DNA from: Octopus bimaculoides
Taxonomy: Eukaryota
DNA: 62,116 bases
Direction: 5' to 3'
Assembly: GCF_001194135.2 (NCBI RefSeq)
Contig: NC_068996.1
Span: 27,346,120 to 27,408,235 of the forward strand
Positions 1-14,060 of the stretch are shown here, piece after piece. Under the pieces are notes generated by a model. That model worked only from the letters and a program-made list of their open reading frames with translations, was not told where the DNA came from and did not search any database. The translations under genes and the position numbers were made by a program. Numbering within the stretch: position 1 is the first letter of the stretch; each line of letters begins with the position of its first letter.

Positions 1-21
1 ATATATATATATATATATATT

Positions 22-247
22 TCGAGCGTGGCTGTTGCCAGTATCGCTTGACTGGCCTTCATGCAGGTGACATGTAAAAGCACCTACTACACTCTCTGAG
101 TGGTTGGCGTTAGGAAGGGCATCCAGCTGTAGAAACTCTGCCAAATTTAGATTGGAGCCTGGTGTTGCCATCCGGTTTCACCAGTCCTCAGTCAAGTCGT
201 CCAACCCATGCTAGCATGGAAAGCGGACATTAAACGATGATGATGAT
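22..247 (+). mobile_element. RTE 3'-end fragment with (GAT)n tail
   Basis: Matches the 3' end of copies A and B (gagtggttggcgttaggaagggcatccagctgtagaaac...aaacgatgatg). Confidence 0.8.
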
Positions 248-289
248 ATATATACACACACACATTATGTGCATGATATTTTCAACCAG

Positions 290-2300
290 AGATGTTAGAA
301 CCATATCTGATTCTTCAAGGGCTTCAATTCTGTGTGTCTACATATATTTACTCAATTGCCGACACTTAGCAATAGTTTCTCTCATTGTTTTGATATGCCA
401 TTCTCTATCATTAATAAAACTGTCAGCATTTTTGACAACACAGGTATGCCAGTTACTGATAAAAAAACTATTACTATGCTATTTTTCTTGAAAAGGTAAC
501 TTTTTTCAATCCTTCATTTGGTGATTATAAGTAATACTCCTTAGGTGCTCAACAGCATTCACTTTTACAAAATTCGTAACAGTTTCATATATTCTTTTGT
601 CAGCACCTCTATACTTTTTGAGGTTTTGGGGTGGTTCATATCAAACTTATAAACATTCATAGTATGCATCTCTCCCTTTCTGTATTTACACCCATCTATC
701 AATTTCTATATCATTGGACATTCTTGAATCCATTTTGTGGTTTCAGCCAATAGATTGCAGTTAACAATGGACTACTTCTGAATGATTGTTTGTACAGTCT
801 TTTCTGTTAATTTTCTTTGGTGAGGATTCCTATTTCAAGGAGAGATAGAAAGATTCGGCTTTCACTTTCTTGTATGTTTTGATTATCAACACAGTATTTT
901 CAAATCAATTGAGCAAAGTCTGAAGTTCTAGTAGCAGCTTGGTTACAAGGGTATACATACATTTATCAACCTTGTACAAAGGTACAAAGGTTAGAGGGCA
1001 TACCTACACAAGTATGCCCCTCCCTGACTTAATTCATAACTTTCAAAAAAAAAAAAAATTGATATTTTTATGAAACTTTCTACAAATACCTTTCAGGTGG
1101 TATAAATTATGATGATATCAAAATTTAATACGAAAAAAAAGTTTGGTGGACACACAGACATCCTGATACACATCTTAGATTTTTCAAAAGTTCAAGTTTC
1201 ATTTTGTAGATGTGTTATATGTATCAGTATGTAGATGTATGTGCCCATTTATTTATTTTTTTTTAATTTTTTTCACATAAATTCTGATATAATCATAATC
1301 TACATCACCTGAAAAGTATGAAAATTTCATAAGAAATAGCCATTTTTCAGAAAGTTGTGATGAAACAGCTGACTCATGTGAATTTGCCAAAACTTGTCTG
1401 TCCTCCTTGGAAAACTTTTTCATCACAAATTTCTATATAGTCAGAATCTGCACTATCTGAAAGGTATTTGTAGAAAATTTCATTAAAAAATATCCTTTTC
1501 CTGAAAGTTATGAGGAAACAAAGACAAGGTGAGGTGTATATTTGTGTAGGTATGCCAACAAGAACAATAACTGTGTTTGCTTTCATTACAGTATCAGGAT
1601 CAGTGTTGTATAAATAATTGAAACCCAATTTAGCTATATACTTTTGCAGATTTTGTGCTAAATGAAAAAAAAAAAAACATCCTTTTAAATACACCCCAGA
1701 GAATAGTTTCTTCACAACATTGTGTGAAGCTACATTATTTACATTATTTAGAACTGTATTATTGTGTGAAGCTTGTGCAAAGTTGCATACAATTAGAGTT
1801 TTCCTTGAATTAGATATGCTTTCTTTCAACACTTGTCATGTATGTGGTGTACATTGTTTGACAAAAGAGCATACATTATAGGGTGAACTCCGTTTTTTTT
1901 TTTTACCAAAATCTCATAAATTTGAGAAAAGAGGCTGCAAGCAACTCTGAACGTGCCATCTCCAAACCATAAGATGACATTAAATGTTGGAGCCAGCTTA
2001 CTCTTCTAATCATGATCTGGTCTACATTCACACAATAAAAGGCTAGCCACTGGATTTGGTTAAAATGTGACGATGAGCGATGGCTAGAGAAATATTGAGC
2101 TTTGTTTTTAATAACCAGTTGATCTAGCAAGCGGGGCCTCATATCAGTGAGTGGGGCCAGTGCACATTGATGCTGTTGAGAGGTAGACCCTGAAACGGCG
2201 CGCATTCTCTCCTGATGATCCCATTCACTTGCTGGCTTCTCATATGCGGAGTTCTCGACTGGTAGCACTTGCATGTGCGAGTTGTTTGCAAGACATCTAT
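290..2300 (-). mobile_element. Degraded MULE (Mutator-like) transposase, interrupted by a foldback element
   Basis: Minus-strand peptides across stops and frameshifts give MULE DDE-domain motifs in the expected order: WFGDGTFRVA..LFSQIYEI..GVHPIMYALL, then LKGCF..FHLAQ, TNNHSE, HPKTSKSIEVL, and KYRGADKRIYETV..EHLRSI. Confidence 0.7.
1035..1510. mobile_element. Foldback/MITE-like element made of imperfect inverted ~100-bp arms
   Basis: Arm ~1035-1140 (atgaaactttctacaaatacctttcagg...) is complementary to both ~1265-1360 and ~1420-1510. Confidence 0.5.
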
Positions 2301-2929
2301 ATATATTGCATCATTCTGGCAAAATTAATTGTTGTAAACTGGTCAGATTAGTATGAAGTAGGAGCATTGTTCTCTAAATTATGCTTCCTCATGTTTTTCT
2401 CAAAGCAGACATATCAGGAATAACAGCTAGACTAGCTTGAGAATTGTTTGTCAAACATTCATTTTGTAGCAACATTTTTGGGACTCGAGTTTCTGCTGCT
2501 CTCTTTTTATTAGATTTGTTTTAAAATATGCTACTTCATTTTGTGCTGGTAAAGCTTCATGTGAATGGAAATTTAACATTTGTACCACTTCTCCAGGTCT
2601 TGTATATAGTATTGCTTTGCATTGATTTCTCTGTTCACTGTTTCAATTTACAATCAGTTTTGCTTACCTTATCAAAACAATTTAGAAATCAGTTGAAAGA
2701 AATGTTTTCTTTTCCATGTTTTGTCAATATTTCATCAGTCACCATTTACACAAAGTGAAGCAGAAAGCTAAACAAAGTTCGTGGTCAAGTAGTTTAGTAG
2801 TTGCGATTACAAGTTTGTTGTCAACTAGAATTAAAACAAAATTTTCGTGGCACCAAAAGATCTCACCAAAAGAACGTAGATATGTAAGGGAGAATTTTTG
2901 TTAAAACTGTAATTTATGACAGGTTCACT

Positions 2930-3226
2930 TTAACCTTTTAGCATTTAAACAGGACTTTTTGCCTCAAATATTCTACCTGTTTTATATCAAAACTTGTGAG
3001 ATCCTGTTACTCTATTCATACTAATCTGACCAGTTTACAACAATTAATTTTGCCAGAATGATGCAATATATATAGATGTCTTGCAAACATCTTAAAATGT
3101 CATTCTAAAAATATACACTCCCATTATCAAATTCTCAAAGCTATGAGAAAATGAATGAGTAATTCAAAATAATGTGAATTAATAGGCATTAAATTTGACA
3201 GAGTTCTCTGAATACCAAACAGTTAA
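2930..3226 (+). mobile_element. TTAA-flanked piggyBac-type MITE, copy 1 (carries a 75-bp insertion)
   Basis: Starts TTAAccttttagcattt and ends ctgaataccaaacagTTAA. The internal tcaaagctatgag...aatgtgaat motif is shared with other copies in the window. Confidence 0.7.
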
Positions 3227-3313
3227 TATTTCAAAGAAACATGTTTATCTTCTACAAATATGCATTAGTTGCTCTGTGCTGGTTTTCATTAAGAAAATCA
3301 GATTTACTGCATA

Positions 3314-3344
<31 letters not shown>

Positions 3345-6300
3345 AGTAGTTAAGTAGATGCCATCATGCTTTTCTAATTAATCAAAGTGCAAGATTTGGC
3401 AGAGGCCCAAGAATTTATTTATTTGCATGTGGAAACATATATGTGTGTGTTTGTTTTTCTGCAAAATATATAGTTAAATTACAATTTCTAAATGTTTTTT
3501 TTACTTCTCAATATCATATTTAAAATAATATTATATCATTCTTGTCCTAAAGTTTTTGAAATTAAGTAATCTGCAAATGATGCATTTCTATCTGCTACAG
3601 AATATTATGAAAGCATTTCCAAAGATAACTAAGTATTCAGGCATGACTGTGTGCTCAAGAAATTTGCTTCCCAACTATATGGTTTCAGTTCCATCCCAAT
3701 GTGCAGCACCTAAAACAAGTATCTTCTACTCCAGCCCTGACTGACTTAAGACCTGTCAATAGATTTGGTAGATAGGAACTGTAAGAAACCCATTGTGCAT
3801 GAGTGATACTTATAAATGAGCCTCACTGTCATCTGAGTGGTGTCCTTTGTTTCCAATATTCAGGGAAAACATGTCTGGTCTTGAGGAAATATTACATTGC
3901 TTAGAAACAGGTGAGGGTTGGTAATATGAAGGGTATCTGGTTGTAGAAATGTACCTCACTGAATTCTGTCTAACCCATGTGTATCAGATGGAATTCTTTG
4001 AAGTGAGCATTAAACAATGATGAAGATGATAATGATTTCAAAAGTAATCAGAAGTGGAAAATATCTATAAACTAGATATTTATATATATTATTTAATGTT
4101 GGCCTATTTCTTACCCCATATATAGAGAAAAATTAAATAAGAACTACTTGTATTAAGGGCTTACAACAGACTTTGATTAAAATTATACGATGAGACATTT
4201 TTAGTGTGGTTGTTATTTGTCTTTTGTTTCAGTTTTGAATTATATAAGAAAAAAATAAACTATATTAAAAAATTGTATTTATTATCATATTTTATTTATC
4301 AGTTTACAATATTCTCTGCAAATGATTCAACATCTTTTCACACACACATACATGTAAAGAAACAAATAAACTCAATGTAGATTTATGTAGGATTTTCACA
4401 GTAACTTAGTTTTGATATTAGAATATTAGTTCTAGATATATTCTACTGAACTGGTAAAATTTGGCAACTCAATTTTAATACTTTCAATTCCTTTCAGTTT
4501 AGACCACAACAGCGGTGCTGAATAGTTTGGAGGCTTTTCTAATATATATGTAGTGAAGATAAATGTTTTGGACAAATATTACAGTACAGATCAGCCAGCC
4601 ATCACTTGCAGGCAAGTATAGCTTTAGTAATATGTACCATATTTTCTTGAAATGTTTTAAATGTTGCAAGTGAATGTAGACACCCTCTCAACATTGTCAC
4701 CCTTGATCCAATAGAACATCTAAGATGTGATAACTGGAAGGAGAGAGTGGTGCAGCAACACTCAACATTACAGCTGAATAGATAGCAATAATGTGAACTG
4801 AAGTACCTTGCTGAAGGACACAATGTTTTTTTGCCTGGTCCAGAGATGAAACACATAAACTTATGGCCATGAACTAAAAACACCCTAAACAATATGTCAT
4901 GTACCTTCATAGGACTACTATAATTTTCTATAATCAATAAAGAATAAATGCTATTTAAGTAAATGCTTAAAAATTAATACTAAGTCTCAAGTGCTAAAAA
5001 GTAGGACTCAAGTAACATGAATGAAAGAGGTGTTATCAGTTTGAGTCAATAACAAGATCATCTTCAAAATTGATGTATTACTTGTTTTCATGCTACAAGG
5101 TTATCAACTAGCAAATGTAGGTGAAGCATATACAATTGCATGAATCATAGACACTCGAACATCTCTAACCATATAGTCAGTATAGTTTTAGTTTATACCT
5201 AAATGCATTTATATTCCTTTGGATTTTGAAACATTTTAGTTATATTGATACCTTGGGGAGCAAGATTAACTTAATTAAAGTAAGTGGAAAATATCAGAAA
5301 GGTGTACTCATTTTCACCATCCACCACTTGTCTGTGCAATATATTTGATGTAATGCAGGGATTTAATAGATTGTATGTATGTCCACACCACTTCACAATC
5401 AGTGTTGGTTTGCTTATGTCCCTGCAACTTAGCAAACTTAGTTTGGCAAAAGAGACTGACAGAATAAGTATCAAACTTTAAAAAAAAATAAGTCATCTTC
5501 ATCATCCAATCAAACAACTTGCCCAGACTAATGTAATTCTTCCACATCAGTTGTCCTAATCGAGTGATGTGGCATGAATGTCTGGCTTAGGTTTTAATCG
5601 CATTGATCTTTTGTTCTTTTGAAATATCTCATTTGTGCACACCACAACTACAGATGATAGTAGTAGTTCATTAACTGAACTGGTTGATCCTGACCATTGA
5701 CAATTTGGCAATTGTTCATTCACTCAGTATTTAGTGATGTTCACTATTGACTCAATAAGTTCATCTGCTGAAATAGTTCACATCCACCATGTTGCATCCC
5801 ATGATTCCAACATAACCTTGGCTCAGGTGGTTACTGGATGCAAGGCCTTGCCAGGGGCCTCTTGTGATTTGGTCTGGTGTTGCTTCTTCCTATATTCATA
5901 GATGACTTCTATGTACATGCTAATTAATCCATAGCTGGAATCCTGACAGGTGCTACTAGTCTGGGTCAGAGTAGAACTGGGAAGAATAATGGCTAAGAAG
6001 TGGTTCTACACTTCTCAAAACTCTGGAATTCCTGAACCAGATGTAGTTTAAAGCCATATCTAGGACATAAAAATGTAAGTACTAGTGTTGAATTGTTTGA
6101 CTAAACTCATTAAGGCAGTTGGCCACAGTCCAGTGACTGAAACAATTAAAAGTTAAAATAAAATATATATATAAGATATTGACCATATATCATCTTTTAT
6201 TGATGCAGTTTTCTGGTGTATTCATGAAATGTCAAATTGTTTGTGAAACCAAGCAATAACATTTTCCACAAGTGGACAGGTCAACAGGTCTTGTTGATTT

Positions 6301-6424
6301 AGCATTTTTACTTGTGTTTGTATGCTATATTCATGAAGATGGAATTGAAGAAGAAAGCTTATTAAACTTTCAAACTTTGGCAAATCCTGCTACAGGGGAA
6401 GCATAATTTAATTCAGTTTGTTTA

Positions 6425-6979
6425 TCATCATCATCATCATCATTTAACATCCATCATACATGCTGAAATGGGTTGGTCAGTTTAACCAGAGTTGGCCAGC
6501 TAGGGGGATGCACCAGACTCCAGTCTAATTTGGATGGTTTCCACGGCTGGATGTCCTTCCTAATGCCAACCACTTCACAGAGTATGCTGGGTACTTTTAC
6601 GTAGCACTGCACAAGCGCTTTTACATAGCACCACATGAGTGTTTTTACAAGGCACCGCCACGAAAAATGAAATTTGGTCAAGAATTTGCACTGATGGTGA
6701 TGCAGATATGGTTGGGAAAATGTTCAGTTCCCAGGCTAGAATCATCATCATTGCCATGACAACCACCTTTCTATGGTTGCATGGGTCACATAAAGTTTGA
6801 GACAGAGTTTCTATGGCTGGATACACTTCCTGTTGCCAACCTTCACCTGCTTCCAAGCTAGGTACTGTTTCACCATGACCACATATGTTCTTGCAGAATA
6901 CTGGAAAAGACTGACTGCATTTGTAACAATTACATGATGTGAAGATAAGGAAACACAAACATATGCTCCTACATTCAGA

Positions 6980-7026
<47 letters not shown>

Positions 7027-7352
7027 TGCACATATATCATCATCATCAACATTTAACATCTGTTTTCCATGCTGGCATGGATTGGATGGCATGATATAAA
7101 ATGGCAAAGCCAGGGGCTGCACCAGGTCCCATAGTCTGTTTTGGCTTTGTTTCTACAGCCTGATGCCTTTCCTAATGCCAACCACTTCACAGAGTGTACT
7201 GGTTGCTTTTTACATGGTACCATCACTAGTACTTTTTACGTGGCATCAGCACCCACACAAATGCTTTCTATGTAGCACCTTGGGCAAGTGTCTTCTACTA
7301 TAGCCTCGGGCCTTGTGAGTGGATTTGTAGACAGAAACTGAAAGAAGCATGT

Positions 7353-7399
<47 letters not shown>

Positions 7400-7548
7400 G
7401 GCCTTCTACACTCTCTGAGTGGTTGGCGTTAGGAAGGGAATCCAGCTGTAGAAACTCTGCCAAATCAGATTGGAGCCTGGTGTAGCCATCTGGTTTCACC
7501 AGTCCTCAGTCAAATCATCCAATCCTTGCTAGCATGATGATGATGATG

Positions 7549-7550
<2 letters not shown>
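6425..7550. mobile_element. Cluster of RTE 3'-end fragments (two on -, one on +) interleaved with (TA)n and a SINE piece
   Basis: Homology to the RTE 3'UTR at ~6425-6680 (-), ~7030-7260 (-) and ~7405-7550 (+). Confidence 0.7.
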
Positions 7551-7597
<47 letters not shown>

Positions 7598-8249
7598 TGT
7601 ATATGTATGTATGTGTGTGTGTCTGTGTTTGTCTCCCCATCATTGCTTGACAACTGATGTTGGTGTGTGTACATCCCCATAACTTAGTGGTTCAGTGAAA
7701 GAGACCAATAGGATAAGTACTAGGCTTACGAAGAATAAGTCTTGGGGTTGATTTGTTCAACTAAAGGTGGTGCTCCAACATGGCCACAGTCAAATGACAA
7801 ACAAATAAAAGAATATAAGATAAATAATCCATCATCTGGTAAAATGTTAAACAGGTAAGAATTCAAGCTAGTAAGATTTTAAACATGGACCTAGACCTAG
7901 CCAGCGTTTACTGGACTAGTCCAGGTCAATGTTTAAAGTCTTACCTGTTTAAATTTTACTTGATGACGGTGGATTATATATTATGATGTAATCTTTTATG
8001 ACTGCATTAAATAAATAAAATTCTACTGAGACAGACGTAAATTTTAAACACCATTCACGTATACTATATATATGTATATATACATAATTTTGGCACAAAA
8101 AATATAATCACATGATATTAACACAGAGATGTAGTGGGGAAAACCTACAAAAATATCTAAGGTTAATCACCTAATCATCCACTACCACACTTGACAGATA
8201 AATTCAGTCAACTGTGACTGTTTGAACTTACTGTGCAAAACATTGTCAC

Positions 8250-9330
8250 ATGACTTTAAAGAACAAGAGTCATAGTGGCAGGAAGTGTAACTATTGTTAC
8301 ATGACAGTAAAGAACAAGGTCATAGCATTTGATATCTGTGCAACCAGTGTCATAGTTTGCTGAAACGTGTGCTTCATAATTAACAGAAGATATATTGCAA
8401 TCCTGTCTTAGAGGACATTTAAATTTGTCTCTACATGTGCATTCAGGGTAGGCTTGAATCATCTATTGCTTATTGATATAAGACTAACATTAGGGAGACA
8501 AGAAAAGGTAACTTTTATTATGTGTTTGTTAAAGATCTTACTGTATCTATGGTTCTAGGGAAGTGGATATCTTACTAAGTGCAAGAATCTCCTACCTAAA
8601 TTTATTTGTCCTAACATTAAGGGAGAAAGATGATAGAGGAGGTGCAGGGTTGTAGAAGATTTTATCAGTAAAGCTGCTATCCTGTATGGCCTTATTATAA
8701 TATGGGGCAGCCTTTTCAAATATTTCTTTAGAAGAAAGGCATGAGATTCTATGGCTAATATTTGAAATTAAGTTTTTAATTACAATAGGTGGGTGACAGG
8801 GGTGTTTATTAATATATTTAAGGTTCACGTTAGGTTTGTGGAAAGGCTTAAATGAATTAGTTTTAAGATCTAAGGAAACATCTAAAACATCCCATCAGGA
8901 AATATTACCTTTCTTGGAATCAGGGACAGGAAGGACATCTAGTCATAGAAAACCTACCAGAACAANNNNNNNNNNATATATATATGTATGTATGTATGTA
9001 TGTATACACACACACACACACTCGCATACACATTTGTATATATGTGTATGTATAAATGTTGCAGATCTCTGCCTTAATGTTAAACATGACTGTTTCCTTT
9101 GCAAGTAGGTATCTTTAAATAAACAAAAGGCTTTTCATGTTGAGTAGTGATATCAGCAAGAATTTGGTCAATCAAATTATAAAAAACACATATCTCAGAT
9201 TTTTGAGTGATGATATCACCACAGAACTGTCCAATGAGATTTGTTCTGGAGTTCAATAAAAGGGCCAACAAATTCTTGGTGTTAGCAATCTCCATAATTA
9301 TGACTGTCACCACTAATGCATCTCATCAAT
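8250..9330 (-). mobile_element. Penelope-like retroelement remnant
   Basis: YINKHPCHPPIVIKNL..NISHRISCLSSKEIFEKAAPYYNKA resembles the PLE RT C-terminus. CTCRDKFKCPL..C..VNYEAHV resembles the Cys-rich region before the GIY-YIG domain. Confidence 0.6.
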
Positions 9331-10617
9331 TTCATTGACGACATATTTCTAATTTTTTAAGGGTGGCGAGCTAATAGAATCATTAGCATGCCACGCAAAA
9401 TGCCTGAGCTTGATTTTACTTTACATATTTACAGGGTCAATAAAATAAGTATCAGTTGAACTCTGGGGTTGATATAATTGACTTATCTCCACCCCTGAAA
9501 TTGTTGGCCTTGTGCCAAAATTTGAAAACAATATATCATGTATATCATGTATATCAGTGATGTTCATTTACAGCTATCACATGTACTGGTCAAGTACTAA
9601 AAATTGTTGGCCTTGTGCCTAAATTAGAAACCATTATTATTGCTTTTAAGCAGTGAGCTGGCAGAATTATTAGAGCATCAGAAAAACAAAAATGTCTTGC
9701 AAGATTTGTTTGAGCTATTTTATGATTCTGATTCAAATTCTGCCATGGTTAACCTTGCCTTTTATCCTTTCAGGAACCAATAAAATAAAGTATCAGTTGT
9801 GTCGTGGAGGTAAATGTAATCAATTAACTTCCTCCTGTCAAAATGCTGGCCTTGTGCCTAAATCAGAAAACACCATCATTATTGTTGTTGTTGCTGTTCT
9901 AGTTCTTCATCCTTATCATCACCACCATCATCATCATTGTCATTTTTCATGTTTCAGGAGGATACTACAATATCGATCAAATTATCATATTTATTAATGG
10001 AAGTTGAATTAAAATTGTTTCATAAATTAGCATTATGTTTTCTGAAACATTTTGTTCATCTCTTAATTCTCTATCTGTTTGTCTGTTCTCTTTTCTCCTC
10101 TTTCTCTCTCTCTCTCTGTGTTTATTTTATATATTTTTATACAAGATAAGAGAAGTTTACATTGAATGCTCTTAGATTTTTGTGTAGCTAATAATAATCC
10201 ACTGTCATTTTTCTCTTAAAAATTTGTTTCACTACGTTTGGATAGCTGAATTTGCCATAATTAAAATCTCTCTGTAAAGAAGTAATCTTTAACTGTTGGC
10301 TTTGACTTTCTTCCTCTTCAATATCCTCCTTCCACTTCTGTCTCATCTAATCATGGTTAATGAATAATTTGTTTGCTTGTATGCTTGTTTGTTTGTTTGT
10401 TTCTTTCTTTCTTTCCTTTCCTTTCATATTGTTATACTAATTGCTTTCCAATATAAATCTGAAGCACCATAAGCTGCTGCTTTTTTTTAATATTTATCTA
10501 TATGTATGGTTATATATTGCATTCATTTATTCTGCATAGGCATATATCACAGACATATACATACATATGCGTGCGTATGTTTATTGATCTGTGTATTTGT
10601 ATATATATATGCGTGTT

Positions 10618-10670
10618 TGTGTGTGTGTGTGTGTGTGTTTATGTATGTACAATATAAAGACATACACACA

Positions 10671-10750
<80 letters not shown>
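10618..10750. repeat. (GT)n, (TA)n and (CA)n microsatellites
   Basis: Directly visible. Confidence 0.95.
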
Positions 10751-10753
<3 letters not shown>

Positions 10754-11158
10754 TATAGACAAATGCATACAGTCATACAAACATTCATATGTACATACAT
10801 AAGATGTAATAAATATATTTGTGTACATTTATATGTATTACATACTCTTTTGAATCACCAAGTGGAGTGAATTAATGAGATTATTGCTGCTGTATATGAT
10901 TGAGGTGGTGGCATTGGTGTGGGCAGTGGCAGCAAAGATAGTAGTAGCAGCTATAATAATGATGATGAGGATGATGATGATGTTAATAAGCCAATCTTAA
11001 GTGACACCTGAGGGGAATTATTTAGTTTTAGTGTACAAAGTCATCTATTTAGAATTAATGAGAAATCAATAAACAATAAAAAAATTATGAAGATACTGAT
11101 TTCAGTGGTAGTGGTGGTGGCGGCGGTGGCGGTGGCAGCGGTGAGGATGATCATGGGA

Positions 11159-11197
<39 letters not shown>

Positions 11198-13139
11198 CAT
11201 AATAATTATAATAACGGTTTCTAAGTTTGGCTTTCAGAGACAAATTAATAAGGTTGGGATTTAGTCAATTGATACAATTCCAGTGTTTGACTCATGCTCT
11301 ATCAACCCTGGATACATGAAAGGCAAAAACGAAGCTGATCATTGTTGGGTATTTAGTTAGAAATGCAACTGTTTCTACCATCAAACACTCTGCATAACAA
11401 CAACAACAACAATAACAATAATAATAATAATAATAGCAGCAGCAAAGTTGACCTCAGCAAGATTTGAATTGAGAATGTGAAGAGCTAGAAGAAATGCCAC
11501 TGAGCATTTTGTCTGACATACTAATAGTAATATTTAAGTAATTAAAATCATTTATGTGGATAAGCCCATATTTGTTGAAGCTTGAAGCTTCTGGTAAAGG
11601 TAGCATGATAAAGGTCATTGACTGCATTTTACTCTATGACCAAGTCATTCTAAGAAACAGCCACAGACAAATCTAAGGTCAAACAATTATAAACATATTA
11701 GTTATTGTTGTTGTTGGGTAGTTTCTTAGGACTTTAATGCTCTGTATCTGCTCCTACTTTAAAAAAATTAAATAACTATCCCTCTGCTGTTGAGTATATT
11801 TACAATAGGGATCATATGGACCAGCAAGGAAGCTTACATATAGCACTTCAGGTACTCAATGCAACAATCTGATGCTATCTTTAAAATAGGGTCACAGAAG
11901 ACAGTAATGGAGCTTCTTGTATAGTTGTATTGACCTGCTCAATGTAACAAGCAAGTCTCTCTCAAGAACCATACTATAATCTATATAGGAACCTTATCCA
12001 GTAAGGGAATATCTACATAATAGCTTGATCTTTTATTCAAAGTAATAGCTAAATATCCTTCTACAAACTACCCAATATCTTTAAAACTGAGACCACAAGA
12101 ACCAGTGACAGAGCTTGTATGTATTTACTTAACTTTACTCATTCTATTAGTAAAATCTTTTTTCAACAAACTATCTGACATCTTTGAACAATTTACCTGA
12201 CATCTTTGAAGAGATTTGCAACAAGTTTTGAAAAAGATGCACACAATACAATAAGGCTTGCTCAGTGTAACACTTAAATCTCTCTTACCAAACTCTCTAC
12301 TTTATTTTAAAATAGAGACTGAATTAGGACTGCTCAATGGGAGAACCAACTCATCTTCATTATCTGATCATTAGATGTTTTGCTGAGTGTAATTGTGGCA
12401 GCTTATTTCTCTAACTAGCTTGTGCTGTTTTATCTGCAAGTAGGGAAGATTGTATATGTTACATGCTGAAAGTTCCTTGTGCTAATAGCCATATTTATAG
12501 CTCACTGAATGAAGAAAAACAGCCACATTTTTTTGTTTGTTTTGTGCTTTTTTTCTTTTAAGGAAAGTTTTTGGAAGACTTTCAATGTTTATTATTATTA
12601 TTTTTATTATTATTATTATTAAGAATAAGAGCAATACTATTGATTTCTTTATGCTGGCACACAGTTACCACCACCAACACCATGATGATGATCATGACCA
12701 TGTTCTTTATCAACAACAACAATAATGTTGCAGTTCATTCATTCATTATACCACCTATAACATATCATGGAAGTCATCATCTGCAATCTCTCTTCTTTTA
12801 CCTTTACATACATTTTACTTCACTAAGGTCAATTACATATATATCTAACTGCATTCAATGACACCTTAACTTTTCCCCCTCTCTCTTCTCTTTCCCACTT
12901 TCTCTACTTTTACATTTTCATATCTTGGTGGTATTGTTAGGAATGTGTAAATGTTCTGAAAGTAAAGTAAAAATGAGCATAACTTTTTTTCTAACTGACA
13001 TGTGTTATTCAAATTGCATATGTTGGTAGAGTAGCTCTTCCTCTACACATAAGTACTATGCAACACATTCTCCATCTCAAGCAATGCATTTCCCTCCACT
13101 ACCACCCCCATTATTGAATCTAGCTCTTGAATCCTCTTA

Positions 13140-14060
13140 GAAAAAATCTGGCCACTTTCATCTCATCATGTCAGCAAATTGTAGTCCCCAAAGACTTCAT
13201 TGGACTGAATGGGTGAAAGTTGAAGGGTACCAGATCTGTAGTAGATGAGGGGGAGCACTGACCAGCCTAATTTGCTGATTTGTTGCCAAAGATGAATGTC
13301 TGTGGGTGTGTGTGGTTCTGCATAGTCATAATGAACATGAGTCATTTTCTGATTCTTAATCAGTCTCTTCCTCCTAATGACTTCTTTTAAGTTGTTTGGA
13401 TGTCCCAATGTACTGCTCACTGTTCACAGTACAGCCACTTTCTTGAAAAATCAAGGAGAATGATTGCCCCCAATACAGTGAGTATGAATTTCTGTGCCTA
13501 TTACCGGCTCTTGAAGAATTTTTTATGCCTATGCAAAGATGTGTAATCTCATTCCATTGTTTAAACCTTTGTGTCTGAATCATAAAAATATGCACACTTT
13601 TCATCCCCTGTCATCATACAGGAAAAAAATGTCTTCACTGACTTCAAAATGCTTCCAGCAGGTCAAGGCAGGCTCTCACTGTTGTTTCCTTCAAATCTGG
13701 TGTTAACTACTGAGCTACCCAAAGTCTTCCAATACTCAAAGTCTTCCATTATATTCAGTAATGCTCAGTGACCACAGTCTAGATGTGCAGCAAGCTCAAA
13801 AACTATGACTCAGCTGTTCTACATGAATCAATTTGTTCCCACGCTTGCAGTTCATAGTCTCCCACAGATTGGTTCGTCTTTAATGCTAGTTTCCTTTTCT
13901 TTAAATTTTTTCATCCATCTGCACACATTGGGTTTGTCAGTGAAGTCATCTCTATAAACAACCTATAGCTTCCTACAGATAGATGTTGGACAGCCTGTGT
14001 GCTTCCTTCAAAACCTCAATGATGGCAATAATTTCTGCTTGAACCCATTATTCAGCTGTG
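13140..14060 (-). mobile_element. Degraded mariner transposase fragment
   Basis: HYDYAEPHT...ISKLGWSVLP resembles mariner HDNARPH...LGW.VLPHPPYSPDL; frameshifted. Confidence 0.55.

Noticed and set aside
237-491. 84-aa + strand ORF and an apparent AG...GT exon at 290-443
   Set aside because: It starts in an RTE (GAT)n tail, has no recognisable homology, and the opposite strand continues the MULE reading frame.
10150-10350. 52-codon minus-strand frame MRQKWKEDIEEEESQ...
   Set aside because: No convincing splice donor, no recognisable motif and no partner exons; purine-rich composition explains the open frame.
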